This document shows, one piece after another, positions 46,612 to 57,546 of a stretch of DNA of 64,000 nucleotides. The stretch spans positions 820,943-884,942 of the forward strand of contig OZ244145.1 of assembly GCA_965216245.1 (NCBI GenBank), written 5' to 3'. This DNA comes from Chloroflexota bacterium (GTDB lineage Bacteria > Chloroflexota > UBA11872 > VXOZ01). The notes under the pieces are model-generated. The model had not been told where the DNA came from. It ran no database searches and saw only the letters and a program-made list of their open reading frames with translations. The position numbers were made by a program, and so were the translations under genes. Numbering within the stretch: the first letter of the stretch is position 1; each line of letters opens with the position of its first letter.

Positions 46612-48573
46612 CTATGTCGCCATACCCGGATAGGGTCGCGTGCGGGGTTTCTGGGCGCTGTCATCGCTGTCTTGCGGCGGTGAGGCCGGCTGTTGGTCTT
46701 CATTGTCCACAAGCGTACTTGCCGCCTGGGTATCCACGTCGTCGGAGGGTTCAGGCTTCTCTTCGAAGAAGGAACTGAAGGCCTTCCCGTCGAATGTCTC
46801 AACCTCTATCAACGTGTCGGCAATCTCCACTAGCTTGTCCTTGTTCTTGGTGAGTAGGCTCGAGGCCCTATCGTGGGCCTCCTGAATCAAGCCTTCGACT
46901 TCGCCATCAATTTCTTGTGCCACGGCCTCGCTGTAGTTGCGCTGCTCTTGAATGTCGCGTCCCAAGAAAATCAACTCTTCCTTACGGCCGAACGCACGGG
47001 GGCCGAGCTTCTCGCTCATGCCGTATTCCATCACCATACGTCGCGCCAAGCTGGTGGCCATCTCGATATCGTTGGAAGCTCCGGTGGTCATCTCGCCAAA
47101 GACCAGCACTTCCGCCACGTATCCACCGAGGGCAAACGCTATCTGCTGCCTAAATTGGGAACGCGTCCAAAGGTGGCGGTCTTCCGGCGGGAGAACCCGC
47201 GTGTACCCACCGGCACGACCCCGTGCCACGATGGAAATCTTGTGTACCGGGTCGACGTCCGGCAGCAATTGCGCCACCAGAGCGTGGCCCACCTCATGGA
47301 AAGCCGTGACTTTCTTCTCGCGAGGGCTGATGATGCGGCTGCGCCGTTCCGGTCCGGCAAGCACGCGCTCGACGGCTTCTTCAACTTCTTCCTGGCTGAT
47401 GGCCTTCTTATTGCGTCTCGCGGCCAGCAACGCCGCCTCATTGAGCAAATTCTTCAGGTCCGCACCGGAAAAGCCTGGCGTTTGTCGCGCAATGGTCTCC
47501 AAATTCAAGTCTTCCGCCAGCGGTTTATCCTTGCCATAGAGTTGCAGAATGTGCTCGCGGCCCCTCACGTCGGGGCGGTCAAGGACCACCTGCCGGTCGA
47601 AGCGGCCAGGGCGCAGGAGGGCAGGGTCCAGCACGTCGGGGCGGTTTGTCGCTGCCAGCACGATCACGTTGACACTGCTCTCGAAGCCATCCAACTCCAC
47701 GAGAATTTGGTTAAGGGTTTGTTCGCGCTCGTCGTGGCTACCGCCCAGCCCGGCGCCGCGTTGCCGACCAACGGCGTCGATTTCGTCAATGAAGACGATG
47801 CAGGGCGCGTTGCGTTTGGCTTGGTCGAAAAGGTCGCGCACCCGCGAGGCACCGACGCCGACGAACATTTCGACGAATTCCGAACCGCTAATACTGAAGA
47901 ACGGCACGCCTGCCTCACCGGCTACGGCCCGGGAAATATGCGTCTTGCCGGTTCCGGGCGGCCCCACGAGCAGTACGCCTTTAGGGATCTGTGCGCCTAA
48001 CGCCTGGAAGCGCTCAGGATACTTGAGGAACGCCACGACTTCCTGAAGCTCTTCTTTGGCCTCCTCCACACCAGCCACTTCCGCAAATGTGATGGTTGGA
48101 TTATTGCTCTTGAAGACTCTGGCTTTGCTCTTGCCAAACGAGAGGGCTTGATTATTCGAGCCCTGCGCCTGGCGCATCATGAGCAGCAGAATTCCGCCAA
48201 AGATGAGAATGGGAAGGAAGGTGCCGATAATGGGAAGGAAATTGCTGAATTGGCTGGGCTCTTGCACCGACACGTCCACTTGATCGTAACCGACGCCGCT
48301 ATTGTGCAGTGCCTCGAGAATGTCAAACTGGTCCCACTTGAGAGTGGTGATCCGCTTATCGTCAATCTCAGCTATGAGTCGATTGTCTGAAATGATGACG
48401 TGCGGGAGCTCGCTGTCTGTCCACGCTGCATCCTGGACAATAGCAATGAATTCGGATAGGGAAACCTTAGTATTTTCGCGCGGCTCCGGAGCAAACAGGG
48501 TAAAGATGATAGCCAGAATCGCTACCGTGATGACCAGGTAGACGAAACCATTCTTCAACCACTTACTATCCAC
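46612..48573 (-). CDS. ftsH: ATP-dependent zinc metalloprotease FtsH.
   Basis: Two N-terminal TM helices, the AAA+ Walker A GPPGTGKT, the SRH region, the Zn-binding HEVGHAL motif and an acidic C-terminal tail. Confidence 0.9.
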   Translation of the reverse strand: MDSKWLKNGFVYLVITVAILAIIFTLFAPEPRENTKVSLSEFIAIVQDAAWTDSELPHVIISDNRLIAEIDDKRITTLKWDQFDILEALHNSGVGYDQVDVSVQEPSQFSNFLPIIGTFLPILIFGGILLLMMRQAQGSNNQALSFGKSKARVFKSNNPTITFAEVAGVEEAKEELQEVVAFLKYPERFQALGAQIPKGVLLVGPPGTGKTHISRAVAGEAGVPFFSISGSEFVEMFVGVGASRVRDLFDQAKRNAPCIVFIDEIDAVGRQRGAGLGGSHDEREQTLNQILVELDGFESSVNVIVLAATNRPDVLDPALLRPGRFDRQVVLDRPDVRGREHILQLYGKDKPLAEDLNLETIARQTPGFSGADLKNLLNEAALLAARRNKKAISQEEVEEAVERVLAGPERRSRIISPREKKVTAFHEVGHALVAQLLPDVDPVHKISIVARGRAGGYTRVLPPEDRHLWTRSQFRQQIAFALGGYVAEVLVFGEMTTGASNDIEMATSLARRMVMEYGMSEKLGPRAFGRKEELIFLGRDIQEQRNYSEAVAQEIDGEVEGLIQEAHDRASSLLTKNKDKLVEIADTLIEVETFDGKAFSSFFEEKPEPSDDVDTQAASTLVDNEDQQPASPPQDSDDSAQKPRTRPYPGMAT

Positions 48574-48972
48574 TACGCTCTCCCTAAATCAGACGCTCTG
48601 TAAAGGACAACGTTCGCTATATTTCATTATGTGGTCGCCACAGTCATTATACCATACCGCTTTGCGCACCAATTCACCTACGTGCCTCTCTTGTTGCGCC
48701 GACCTTCAGTACCTGCCGGGTGGCGGAACTGTCAGTCACGCTCTTTGCTTTTTGTCAGTTCTGTGACACGAAGCTCTGCGCCGCGAGATTCCAATCAATT
48801 GAGAGAAGCCTCACCCCTCTGACTGGAGCCTGCACAACAGCAGATAAAATACCAATTACAAGGCTAGTTTAGAAAGCTGGGAATTTGGCGATGCTTGATT
48901 AAGAGGGTTGCGCGCCCGATGAAAAGCAGACTTGTGGTATCGCATCATCGACGTGACATCACATTAGGACAT

Positions 48973-50877
48973 CTATGTCGACGGTACAGCACTTGGCTTG
49001 CCGGCGGTTTCCTCAACTTCCATGCCTGAGGTGACACCGGTTGTGTAGAGATCGGCATAGAATCCCCTTGCTGCCAGCAAGTCTTCGTGCACACCGCGCT
49101 CAACGATCTTCCCGTCGCGCAGCACGAGGATGTTGTCTGCGTTCTTGATAGTTGAGAGGCGGTGGGCAATGACGAACGCCGTGCGTCCTTGCAGAAGGGT
49201 AGCAAGGGCACGCTGGATGAGGATTTCTGTATGGGCGTCGACACTGCTCGTCGCCTCATCGAGAATCAGGATGTGCGGATCGATGAGCAGCGCGCGGGCA
49301 AAGCAGATCAACTGCCGTTGACCGACGGAGAGTCTTCCGCCTCGCTCCATCACCGCAGTTTCATAACCATCCGGCAGACGTTGGATGAAGCCATTGATCC
49401 CCACGGTTCGCGCCGCTGCCTCAACCTCCTCCATGCTGGCCTCAGGCCGCCCGTAGCGTATATTTTCCAAAATCGAGCCGGAAAACAGGAAACTATCTTG
49501 GAGCACCATACCAACTTGGCGGCGCAGCGAACCAATCTGCACGTCCCGCAAGTCGTGGCCGTCGATCATGATACGCCCTTGCTGCACGTCGTAGAAGCGC
49601 ATCAGAAGGTTGACGATGGACGTCTTGCCCGCGCCGGTGGGGCCTACGAGCGCTATCGTCTCGCCCGGCTTCGCTTCCAAGTTGATCTCTGTGAGCACCG
49701 GTTGTTCGGGATCGTAGCCGAAGGTCACGTCTTCGAAACGCACGTGGCCGTTCACTTCCGTCAGCGCCGACGCGTCCGGTTTGTCGACAATCTCGGGGTC
49801 GGTATCGAGCAAAGCAAAGATACGCTCGCCGCCCGCCATCGCCTGCTGGAGGTTGGTGTACCAGGCCGAAATCTCACGGATGGGATTGAAGAATTGCTGG
49901 ACGTATGAAAGAAACGCCACCAAGACTCCGATACTGATTGCTCCATCCAGCACGCGATATCCGCCATAGACAATCACCAAACCGATAGCCAGCGCAGTGA
50001 CTAGCTCCACAGCCGGCGGGAACGCCGCCATAACCCGCGCCGCCCGTACCGAGGCGTCGAGATTCTCGCGGTTGGTGCCCTGAAACTGGCGGTAGTTGAG
50101 ATCCTCACGCGTAAAGGATTGGGCGACGCGCACACCACTGATGTTCTCTTGCAGATTCGCGTAGACCTTGCCGACTCGGTGCCGTACCTCACGAAACCGG
50201 CTCCGCGCTTGGCCACTGAATATGCGCGTAATCAAAAACATGATCGGCAACACCACGAACGTAGCGAGGGAGAGCAGGGGATCCAAAATCACCATAACAC
50301 CAAGAATGAGGCCAAGACCCAACAGATCGGCCACGAGCGTCATAGTGCCCTGGGAGAAGGCATTGTTGAGGGCGTTCACGTCGCTCGTAACGCGGGCAAT
50401 GATCACGCCGATTTCATTGCTATCGAAGTAACGAAATGAGAGCTTCTGCAGGTGGGTAACGACCTGTACCCGGAGGGCGTGCAGCATACGCTGTGATATC
50501 GCCGCGATCATGGCGCCGTGCGTATAGGAAGCCACACCCATGACTATAAGGCTAAGTAAATAGAAGACTGCCGCAAATGCCAGCATGCGTGTGTCTTTTT
50601 CGACAATGCCGTCGTCGATTGCAATTTTTATTAGGAGTGGCCCAGCCATAGTTGCACACGACGTAACCAGCACGAGAAAGATAGCCACGAAGAGCTGTCC
50701 GCGATGAGGTCCAAGATACGGCAGCATGCGCTTGACGACGTTCTGGTCGTAGAGCTTGGCATCCGGGTCGAGTTCGCCAAAATCGTCGCCGCCGCCGCGC
50801 CAACTGCCGCCTCCCCGCGACCCCATACTGCCGCCGCCGCGCCATCCGCCGCCCATGTCGGAGCCACCGCTTATCAT
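48973..50877 (-). CDS. ABC exporter, fused permease-ATPase (type I exporter, MsbA/ABCB-like), second half of a heterodimer. The ORF begins with a 50-aa Gly/Arg-rich extension. An alternative start is the internal Met at about 50730 (MLPYLGP).
   Basis: Six-TM domain followed by an NBD (GPTGAGKTS, LSVGQRQLICFARAL, ILDEATSSVD). There is an ATGA overlap with the upstream gene. Confidence 0.8.
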   Translation of the reverse strand: MISGGSDMGGGWRGGGSMGSRGGGSWRGGGDDFGELDPDAKLYDQNVVKRMLPYLGPHRGQLFVAIFLVLVTSCATMAGPLLIKIAIDDGIVEKDTRMLAFAAVFYLLSLIVMGVASYTHGAMIAAISQRMLHALRVQVVTHLQKLSFRYFDSNEIGVIIARVTSDVNALNNAFSQGTMTLVADLLGLGLILGVMVILDPLLSLATFVVLPIMFLITRIFSGQARSRFREVRHRVGKVYANLQENISGVRVAQSFTREDLNYRQFQGTNRENLDASVRAARVMAAFPPAVELVTALAIGLVIVYGGYRVLDGAISIGVLVAFLSYVQQFFNPIREISAWYTNLQQAMAGGERIFALLDTDPEIVDKPDASALTEVNGHVRFEDVTFGYDPEQPVLTEINLEAKPGETIALVGPTGAGKTSIVNLLMRFYDVQQGRIMIDGHDLRDVQIGSLRRQVGMVLQDSFLFSGSILENIRYGRPEASMEEVEAAARTVGINGFIQRLPDGYETAVMERGGRLSVGQRQLICFARALLIDPHILILDEATSSVDAHTEILIQRALATLLQGRTAFVIAHRLSTIKNADNILVLRDGKIVERGVHEDLLAARGFYADLYTTGVTSGMEVEETAGKPSAVPST

Positions 50878-52766
50878 ACCGGCCTACCTCGGGGTGTCTC
50901 GGCGCTTTCTGCCACAACGGCTGCCCCATCAAGGCTCAGGCCGTCCGTTTGTGCCGCGCGCTGCCGCTCCATGTGCTCTTCTTGCTCCTGCAATTGGTAC
51001 ACGTACATGTCGCGATAGAGGCCATCCTGTGTCACCAACTCTCCATGTGTACCTCGCTGCACTATCTGCCCTTCGTGTAGAACGACGATCTCCTGTGCCT
51101 CGCGCACACTGGAAATTCGTTGCGCAACGATGAACGTCGTCCGTCCGCGCATGAGCTCCTTAAGTGCCACCTGCAAGGCTGCTTCAGTCCGTGTATCAAC
51201 CGCCGACGTGGACTCATCGAGGACAAGGACGCGTGGGTCAAGCAAGAGTGCGCGCGCTATGGCGATACGCTGCTTCTGACCGCCGGAGAGTGTTACGCCG
51301 CGCTCGCCGACGTGTGTATCATAGCCCTCCGGGATTTGCATGATGAAGTCATGGGCCTGCGCAGCCTTGGCGGCAGCAATAATACCTTCTTCAGTCGCGT
51401 CCGGCCGCCCGTAAGAGATATTCTCTCGAATGGGTGCGGCGAAGAGGAATGTCTCCTGCGCCACCAGGCCGATGTGCTGCCGCAGCGCCCGGAAGGTAAG
51501 GTCGCGGATGTCGTATCCATCCAACGTAATTCGTCCGCCTGTCACGTCATAGAAGCGGGGTAACAGATTGATAATGGTGCTCTTGCCGGAACCGGTGCTG
51601 CCAACGATACCAATTACCTCACCCGCCCTTGCCTCGATTGTAATGTCTTCGAGCACCGGTAAGCCGCTCGCGCCATAAGAGACCGATTCGAACTTGACGT
51701 TTCCAGCTACTGAGGCCATGTCAATGGCATCGGGCTTCTCCTCGATCTCTGATTGGGTATCGAGAATCTCAAAGATGCGCTCGCCGGCCGCGACTGCTCG
51801 CGCGTAGGTATTAATCGTCATACCCAGCATCCGGATCGGGCGCTGGAGCATCATGAGGTAGGCACTGAACTCCACCATGGTGCCGAGCGATATCGTACGA
51901 TCAATGACTTGCAGGCCCCCGTACCAGATCACCGCAGTAGTCCCGATTCCGGCAATGAACTGGAGCAGCGGGTTGCGCATGGCAAAGAGTTCCATGGTCT
52001 TTGACGTAGCAACCGCCAGTCGGTCCGAGCTGTAAAGGAACTTGGCGGTTTCTTGATCTTCCTGGGCGAATGCCCGCACCACCCGCATACCGGAGAGGTC
52101 TTCCTGCAAGACGGTACTGAGCTGCGCCGTCTCCTGTTGCACCCGGCTGAACATCGGCCGCAGTTGGCGCGCAAAAAGCACGGCAATCACGAAGAGCACC
52201 GGCATCGTCGCCAGGGAAAGAAGCGCTAACTTCCAGTTTATCAATAGTAGAACGACAAGCACCGCCACGAACGTCAGCAGCATGAGGGCACCGTTTATAA
52301 GGCCTTGCGAGACGAAGAAGCGGATCTGCTCCACGTCGCTCGTCGCCCGCGACATGAGCTGTCCGGTTTGGGAGCGATCGTGGTACGCAAAGGAGAGGCG
52401 CTGATACTGGTTGAATATGCGGTTGCGCAAGTCGAAGCAAACGCGCTGCGAAAGGTATTCGCCCACGAACACCTGTGAAAACGTAAAAACGCCCTTAACA
52501 AGCGTAGCGGCAAGGATTAGACCAGCGAAGAAGAGGAGCGGCTGGACCTGTTCGAGCACAGGTGTGCTGTCAACGGCCTCAACGATCGAACCGGCGAAAA
52601 TGTAAAAGTCTTTTTCAAGCGCTTCGACAACGACATTAACGACATTGCCGAACAGGCGCGGGATTACGAGACTGAGGAGGGCACTGCCGGCCAGGGCGCC
52701 ATAGGCAAGGAAGGCAAGCTTCCGGTAGCGCCACGTGTAGAAGAAAAGTCGTCGCAGCGTATCCAT
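50874..52766 (-). CDS. ABC exporter, fused permease-ATPase, first half of the heterodimer.
   Basis: TMD plus NBD (GSTGSGKST, LSGGQKQRIAIARAL, LVLDESTSAVD). Confidence 0.85.
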   Translation of the reverse strand: MDTLRRLFFYTWRYRKLAFLAYGALAGSALLSLVIPRLFGNVVNVVVEALEKDFYIFAGSIVEAVDSTPVLEQVQPLLFFAGLILAATLVKGVFTFSQVFVGEYLSQRVCFDLRNRIFNQYQRLSFAYHDRSQTGQLMSRATSDVEQIRFFVSQGLINGALMLLTFVAVLVVLLLINWKLALLSLATMPVLFVIAVLFARQLRPMFSRVQQETAQLSTVLQEDLSGMRVVRAFAQEDQETAKFLYSSDRLAVATSKTMELFAMRNPLLQFIAGIGTTAVIWYGGLQVIDRTISLGTMVEFSAYLMMLQRPIRMLGMTINTYARAVAAGERIFEILDTQSEIEEKPDAIDMASVAGNVKFESVSYGASGLPVLEDITIEARAGEVIGIVGSTGSGKSTIINLLPRFYDVTGGRITLDGYDIRDLTFRALRQHIGLVAQETFLFAAPIRENISYGRPDATEEGIIAAAKAAQAHDFIMQIPEGYDTHVGERGVTLSGGQKQRIAIARALLLDPRVLVLDESTSAVDTRTEAALQVALKELMRGRTTFIVAQRISSVREAQEIVVLHEGQIVQRGTHGELVTQDGLYRDMYVYQLQEQEEHMERQRAAQTDGLSLDGAAVVAESAETPRGRPV

Positions 52767-52806
52767 ATTCGGCTGCCCTACACCTCCTCTTCTCTACGTG
52801 CCATCT

Positions 52807-52870
52807 TCGCGTCTGCGCGCAATTCTCGCGTCTACGCGCCGTTTTCGCGTCTGCGCGCCGTTCTCTCGCG
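52807..52870. promoter_or_regulatory. Three tandem direct repeats of about 20 bp (TCGCGTCTGCGCGCAATTC / TCGCGTCTACGCGCCGTTT / TCGCGTCTGCGCGCCGTTC) upstream of the ABC exporter pair. It is a candidate transcription-factor binding array.
   Basis: Repeats read directly from the sequence. Confidence 0.45.
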
Positions 52871-53110
52871 GTGCTGTACTCCTAGCTGACGGAGAATTGT
52901 AGGCTGTACTCGCACGTTTACGTTAATGTGCATGCTAGCACGCGCAGTATGGCCAGTCAACCGACTTTCTTCGACGGGATTTATCCGCATCCCCCCAGCG
53001 AGTTCTTGCATTTTGGCGATACCAAGAGATCGGGCCGACGCACTCACGTGGTGGCACGCCGGTTGTGGGCCACTTCCGCCAGCGAGCCACAACTAAGAGT
53101 TTCTATACAT

Positions 53111-53926
53111 CTATACCTGGCATCGGGGACAAACATGGGTGCCGCGCTGCGCAACGACGATGCGCTCGATAGGCGCACCGCAATCAAGGCACGGCTCACC
53201 CGTCCGACGGTAGACCGCCAGGTGCTCACGGTGGCGGCCCGGCTTGCCTTCAGCGTCGCTATAGACGGCGTCGAAGGTGGTGCCCCCGTTTGCAATCGCC
53301 GCGCGCAGTATGCGGCGCGTCGTCTCAAGAAGCCCGGTGACCTCATCCCTATTGAGCGAATCGGCCGGACGGCGGGGATGGAGCTTGCAGGCGAAGAGCA
53401 CTTCATCCACGTAGATGTTGCCCAGACCCGCAATGAAGTGCTGATTGAGCAGGAGCGCCTTCAATGCGGTTGTGCGGCTTACAAGGCGTTCCCGCAGGAC
53501 GTCTGCCGTAAGCGACGAATCGAAGGGCTCCGGGCCAAGCGGAGCGAAGAGCTCTGCCAGGCGGGCATCGTCCACCAGCCAAATGCGGCCAAAGCGCCGC
53601 ATGTCAAAGAAGCAAAGCACGTGTCCGGATTCAAGATTCCACTGTGCGCGCAGGTAGCGAATGTCCTCCAACGGTCGCACGAGCCTGAGCCGGCCGCTCA
53701 TACGCAGGTGCACAACCAGATTCAGGCCTTCAAGGGCAAACACCAGGTATTTCGCGCGGCGGTTGACCGCAACGATGCGCCGGCCCGGCAGCAGCGCTAC
53801 GATCGCATCCGGGCCTGGCTCAGCCACGGCATGAGGATCGAGCAGCGGCACCGCGGCAATAACGTCCCCGCAAAGATGGGGCACCAAGCTCCGGCGAATG
53901 GTTTCAACTTCGGGAAGCTCAGGCAT
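53111..53926 (-). CDS. mutM: Formamidopyrimidine-DNA glycosylase (Fpg/MutM).
   Basis: N-terminal MPELPEVETIRR with the catalytic Pro2 and Glu3, an H2TH domain and a C-terminal zinc finger (CxxC...CPRCQ). Confidence 0.85.
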   Translation of the reverse strand: MPELPEVETIRRSLVPHLCGDVIAAVPLLDPHAVAEPGPDAIVALLPGRRIVAVNRRAKYLVFALEGLNLVVHLRMSGRLRLVRPLEDIRYLRAQWNLESGHVLCFFDMRRFGRIWLVDDARLAELFAPLGPEPFDSSLTADVLRERLVSRTTALKALLLNQHFIAGLGNIYVDEVLFACKLHPRRPADSLNRDEVTGLLETTRRILRAAIANGGTTFDAVYSDAEGKPGRHREHLAVYRRTGEPCLDCGAPIERIVVAQRGTHVCPRCQV

Positions 53927-54040
53927 GTTAGGCCCGTCACCTATTCACCTTCTAGTAAACCGCTAAACTCCCCCGGCGACGGGAAGCAGGCGAAACGCGG
54001 CGCGCAAGCTGGCGGCGCAGCGTCACGCTGTGAATAGTTG

Positions 54041-54631
54041 CTAACGCAGGCGTTCGCCGGCAAGGCGTAGCTCTCCCGGCAGGATCTCGACGCTCGTTAC
54101 ACGTATCCCGTACTCCGTCCTGAAATAGGTATCTAGGGATTCATTGACCTCATCGGTGGCCTCCGCCATGTACGATTCCGGCACGGCGATGAAGCCAATC
54201 CTTCCCTTCACCATCTCAGCCTCTACTCTACCGTTGCGCATCACGAGACGTCCGCTCACCTGGATTGTAGTACGGAGAGCACGTTGAAGCGTGCCCCGGA
54301 TAACGAAGGCGTCGCGCTCGAACGTAAGGACAACGTTTGTTACCTGCCCTTCATCGTTTCTTGCCACGATGGCTTCTTCGATCTTAGGGACCAATTCGCG
54401 GTCGGTAATGGTCAACATACACTGTTCCGGCGCTGCGAAGGGGTCTTGAAACTCAACCATTGCCGGCAGCCCCCACTGACGCGGCAGACAAGACACCCGC
54501 GCCCGCGGCGCGGATTGGGATGCTTGAGGTGTTTCTCCGGTTTCCGGCGCTTCTATCTCGCCGCAGTGCACGAGGAACAGCATGCACGCGACGACGGCAA
54601 ACCCTTTCGCTAGTGACCGCATTCGCCCCAT
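54041..54631 (-). CDS. Hypothetical lipoprotein (signal peptide plus LVHC lipobox). It is a paralog of 54924-55646.
   Basis: Shared blocks NVVLTFERDAFVIRGT / NLVVTFERDAFVASGT and a C-terminal ..SVEILPG..GERL. Confidence 0.5.
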   Translation of the reverse strand: MGRMRSLAKGFAVVACMLFLVHCGEIEAPETGETPQASQSAPRARVSCLPRQWGLPAMVEFQDPFAAPEQCMLTITDRELVPKIEEAIVARNDEGQVTNVVLTFERDAFVIRGTLQRALRTTIQVSGRLVMRNGRVEAEMVKGRIGFIAVPESYMAEATDEVNESLDTYFRTEYGIRVTSVEILPGELRLAGERLR

Positions 54632-54923
54632 AGCACAGCACCTCGGTACGCGGCATCACATCCTCATTAATCCATCGTATAGAATCCACCGGCATTCGTG
54701 TTGGAGACGGAGCACCGGCGCATGCTGCTTTACCGGCGCTGGCGGGGCAGAGATCCCCGTGGGGCGCTTCACTCATAGTGCAGACGGCGTGGACGCGCGG
54801 GCTGTGCGTTTGCCGGTAGCGACTTAGAGTGAAAAATCTCATGTCTCGCGCATTCGCGTAGAGGTGCAAAAGCCAATGAATGCACACGGGTTAGAGACCC
54901 TCCCGGCGTTCAGGAATTCGGCG

Positions 54924-55646
54924 CTACTGTGCGAGGCGCTCGCCCGTTACGACAATCTTGCCCGGCAAGATCTCAACACTCTCTATGCGTAGTCCACTTT
55001 CTGCACCGACTTCATCAGCCAGGAACTCGTTTGCCTGCACTGTCAGAGGATCGAGCAATGCTTTCGGCATCACCAATGCGCCCAACCGGGCCTCCGTGAA
55101 CTCGATCTGTACGGTGTCGTCGCTTACAACGAAGTGCCCCGTGGCCTGGATGTTGGCGCGAAACGGCGTCGTAATCGTGCCGCTTGCCACGAACGCGTCC
55201 CGCTCGAACGTGACAACCAAGTTAGATACCGGCGGATTATCGACGGAAGCAATCACCTCGCCTAGCAGCGCGGTGAGATCGCTATCGGTGACCTCTATGG
55301 TGAAGCGGCCGGGCTGATCGGCCTGTTGGATGGCATCTTCCGCTCGCTGTATTGCCGTCGTTTCCTCTATGCTTGCCGCTGAGGTCGGCGTTGCTTCCGG
55401 GACCGGTGTCTCGGACACTATTGCGGAATCTTGCGTAGACTTGTCCGATCCGGTCTCTCTTGCGATGATCACGGTCGGAGTAGGTGTCGGCTCAGCGCCA
55501 AACCCAAAGAGCCTGCTCAGCCCCGGTATCTCCACCGCGCCAATCCCTGCGAGCAAGAACACACCTACAAGGAGAAGCACGAGGAATAGGGTGAAAAACA
55601 GTACGGAAAGGGCCTTATAGACTTGCCACAAACATCCCATAGTCAT
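54924..55646 (-). CDS. Hypothetical membrane-anchored protein (N-terminal TM helix, Thr/Pro linker). It is a paralog of 54041-54631.
   Basis: Same domain blocks as 54041-54631. Confidence 0.5.
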   Translation of the reverse strand: MTMGCLWQVYKALSVLFFTLFLVLLLVGVFLLAGIGAVEIPGLSRLFGFGAEPTPTPTVIIARETGSDKSTQDSAIVSETPVPEATPTSAASIEETTAIQRAEDAIQQADQPGRFTIEVTDSDLTALLGEVIASVDNPPVSNLVVTFERDAFVASGTITTPFRANIQATGHFVVSDDTVQIEFTEARLGALVMPKALLDPLTVQANEFLADEVGAESGLRIESVEILPGKIVVTGERLAQ

Positions 55647-55931
55647 TATCCGGGTTCAGGAGTAACCGCTCTCTCCATGTTACAATACCGGCGACCTAGG
55701 ATAGCGAATTCGTCTACGGCGGCCCTGGCAAGGCGCGAGTGCCTTGTGGGCAGGTATGACGTATCCGCAGCGTCATTCGTAGGCGTGCAAGTGCCGAATC
55801 CCTTTATCCGTCGACCCTTCGACGTGCTCAGGACAGGCACGCTCAGGACGAACGGTAGCTGACTTTGGCCGTCGAATGCCGGCCATGCCAATCGGATACC
55901 GGCCCTTCTGACAAACCCTTGTTTCCTCGCG

Positions 55932-56561
55932 TTGGGTAGCCAGGCCACTCGAGTGCACCACAGGCAAATGCCGGAACAGCTTCGAAACGATGCTGCAGCG
56001 CTGCACCGCAAGGGCTCCCTGACGCTTGAGCGGTTGGAGCATGCGCGGCTAAGTTCGCCGCGAGCCCCAACCTTGACCGCCCCGGAATGGGAACTCCTCG
56101 CAGCATTTCAGCTCAACACGATGGATGCGGTTCGGCAGCGCAAGCATGAGCGCGCCATGCTTGCCGCGTACGATGGCGCTCCCAGTGCGCTCACGGAAAT
56201 GCGAATCGAGCAAGCACCGGCACTAAAGGAAGACAAGGGTGTGCAAAGCCGCCCGCAGAAACTCCCCGACACGGAGAAGGAAGCACTGTTGGAAACCACG
56301 CTTAGCTACGATCCGGATACATTTCGCGCAAGTCTGCGTTACATGGTTACGTGGCGGCAGGTCGAGCAGCTAGCGGACGGTCAACCACTGGAGACTCAAG
56401 AGAGCGCCTTCCATGCAGTATCATTCGATGTGCACACGGGAAGGGTGACGCAGCGCGAGTACGGTACGACTCTCAAGTCTCCCCATCAAGCCACAGCACA
56501 ACATGACGTTGCGCTTGAAATAGTGGACCCGACCCTCTCGCCAACAACTGGGCTACACTAG
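55932..56561 (+). CDS. Hypothetical protein (209 aa, TTG start; the first ATG is at 55968).
   Basis: It is the only long ORF in an otherwise empty 1.15-kb gap. It has a plausible amino-acid composition but no recognisable motifs. Confidence 0.35.
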   Translation: MGSQATRVHHRQMPEQLRNDAAALHRKGSLTLERLEHARLSSPRAPTLTAPEWELLAAFQLNTMDAVRQRKHERAMLAAYDGAPSALTEMRIEQAPALKEDKGVQSRPQKLPDTEKEALLETTLSYDPDTFRASLRYMVTWRQVEQLADGQPLETQESAFHAVSFDVHTGRVTQREYGTTLKSPHQATAQHDVALEIVDPTLSPTTGLH

Positions 56562-56796
56562 ATGCCACGGCCTGCAACGAGTACGCCTCACTGCTGAAGT
56601 CTCATAGGTGGAGATTCCGACGCCAGGAAGTCTTAGCGCCCGGCAAATCGATCCGATCGAGTGTCTTGGTCGATCCGCATGCAGTGAGGTCGATTTGCTG
56701 AATTCGAGTCCACTGAGAACAAGAATGCTCCTACTGGGCGGATAGCCCCTCTCGCTACGTGCCAGCGTTCATTTTAGCCGGTCAAGTCACAGGTTA

Positions 56797-57546
56797 TTGA
56801 GCATGACCGAATTTCAAACGCTTCTCCTCTTTGGGGGCATGGTGACGTTCTTTGCGGCCACCGTTGCCGGCATGACGGGGTTTGGTTACGGTCTCGTCAG
56901 TGTGCCGCTGCTCATGCTCATGCTGCCGCCGCGGATGGTTGTGCCTGCCGTCACAATGCACATCTTCCTAATCTCTCTGCTCATACTCTTGGAGGTCATC
57001 AAGCAGGTTGACGTACGGCGCATTTGGCCGCTGATGGCGACGGGTCTGTTCGGGTTGCCACTTGGTATCTTTGTGCTGCTCGTCCTTAGCGAAGGTGCGC
57101 TCAGGACGATTGTCGGCGTTGTGATCGTGTTATTCGCGCTTGCCTTGCTCCTGGGCCTCAACCTTGAAATCAAGAACGAAAAACTTGCACTTGCGCCGGT
57201 GGGCATTTCGAGTGGATTGCTCGCCTCCGGTATTGCGATGGCTGGGCCGCCGGTAATCCTCTTCTTTACCAACCAAGGCATGCGAAAGCAGGTCTTTCGC
57301 GCAAATCTGGCTGCCTACTTCGTATTTCTCAACACCATTACCATTCCAGCTCACGCCGCGAGCGGGCTCATAACAGGAGAGGTGGTGCGCTATGCGCTGC
57401 TCTTTCTGCCGACACTTGTCGTCGGCAAGGTCCTTGGCAGCTTTCTCTCACGCAAGGTCCCGGAGGCGCTCTTTCACCGCGTGGTGTTGGTTGTTGTGCT
57501 CTTTTCAGGACTGCTCTCCATAACCTCCGGCCTGGGTCTTTTCTAG
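56797..57546 (+). CDS. TauE/SafE family (DUF81) sulfite/anion exporter membrane protein.
   Basis: Two internally repeated 4-TM halves, each with the Gly-rich GMTGFGYGL / GIAMAGPPV motif. Confidence 0.75.
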   Translation: MSMTEFQTLLLFGGMVTFFAATVAGMTGFGYGLVSVPLLMLMLPPRMVVPAVTMHIFLISLLILLEVIKQVDVRRIWPLMATGLFGLPLGIFVLLVLSEGALRTIVGVVIVLFALALLLGLNLEIKNEKLALAPVGISSGLLASGIAMAGPPVILFFTNQGMRKQVFRANLAAYFVFLNTITIPAHAASGLITGEVVRYALLFLPTLVVGKVLGSFLSRKVPEALFHRVVLVVVLFSGLLSITSGLGLF

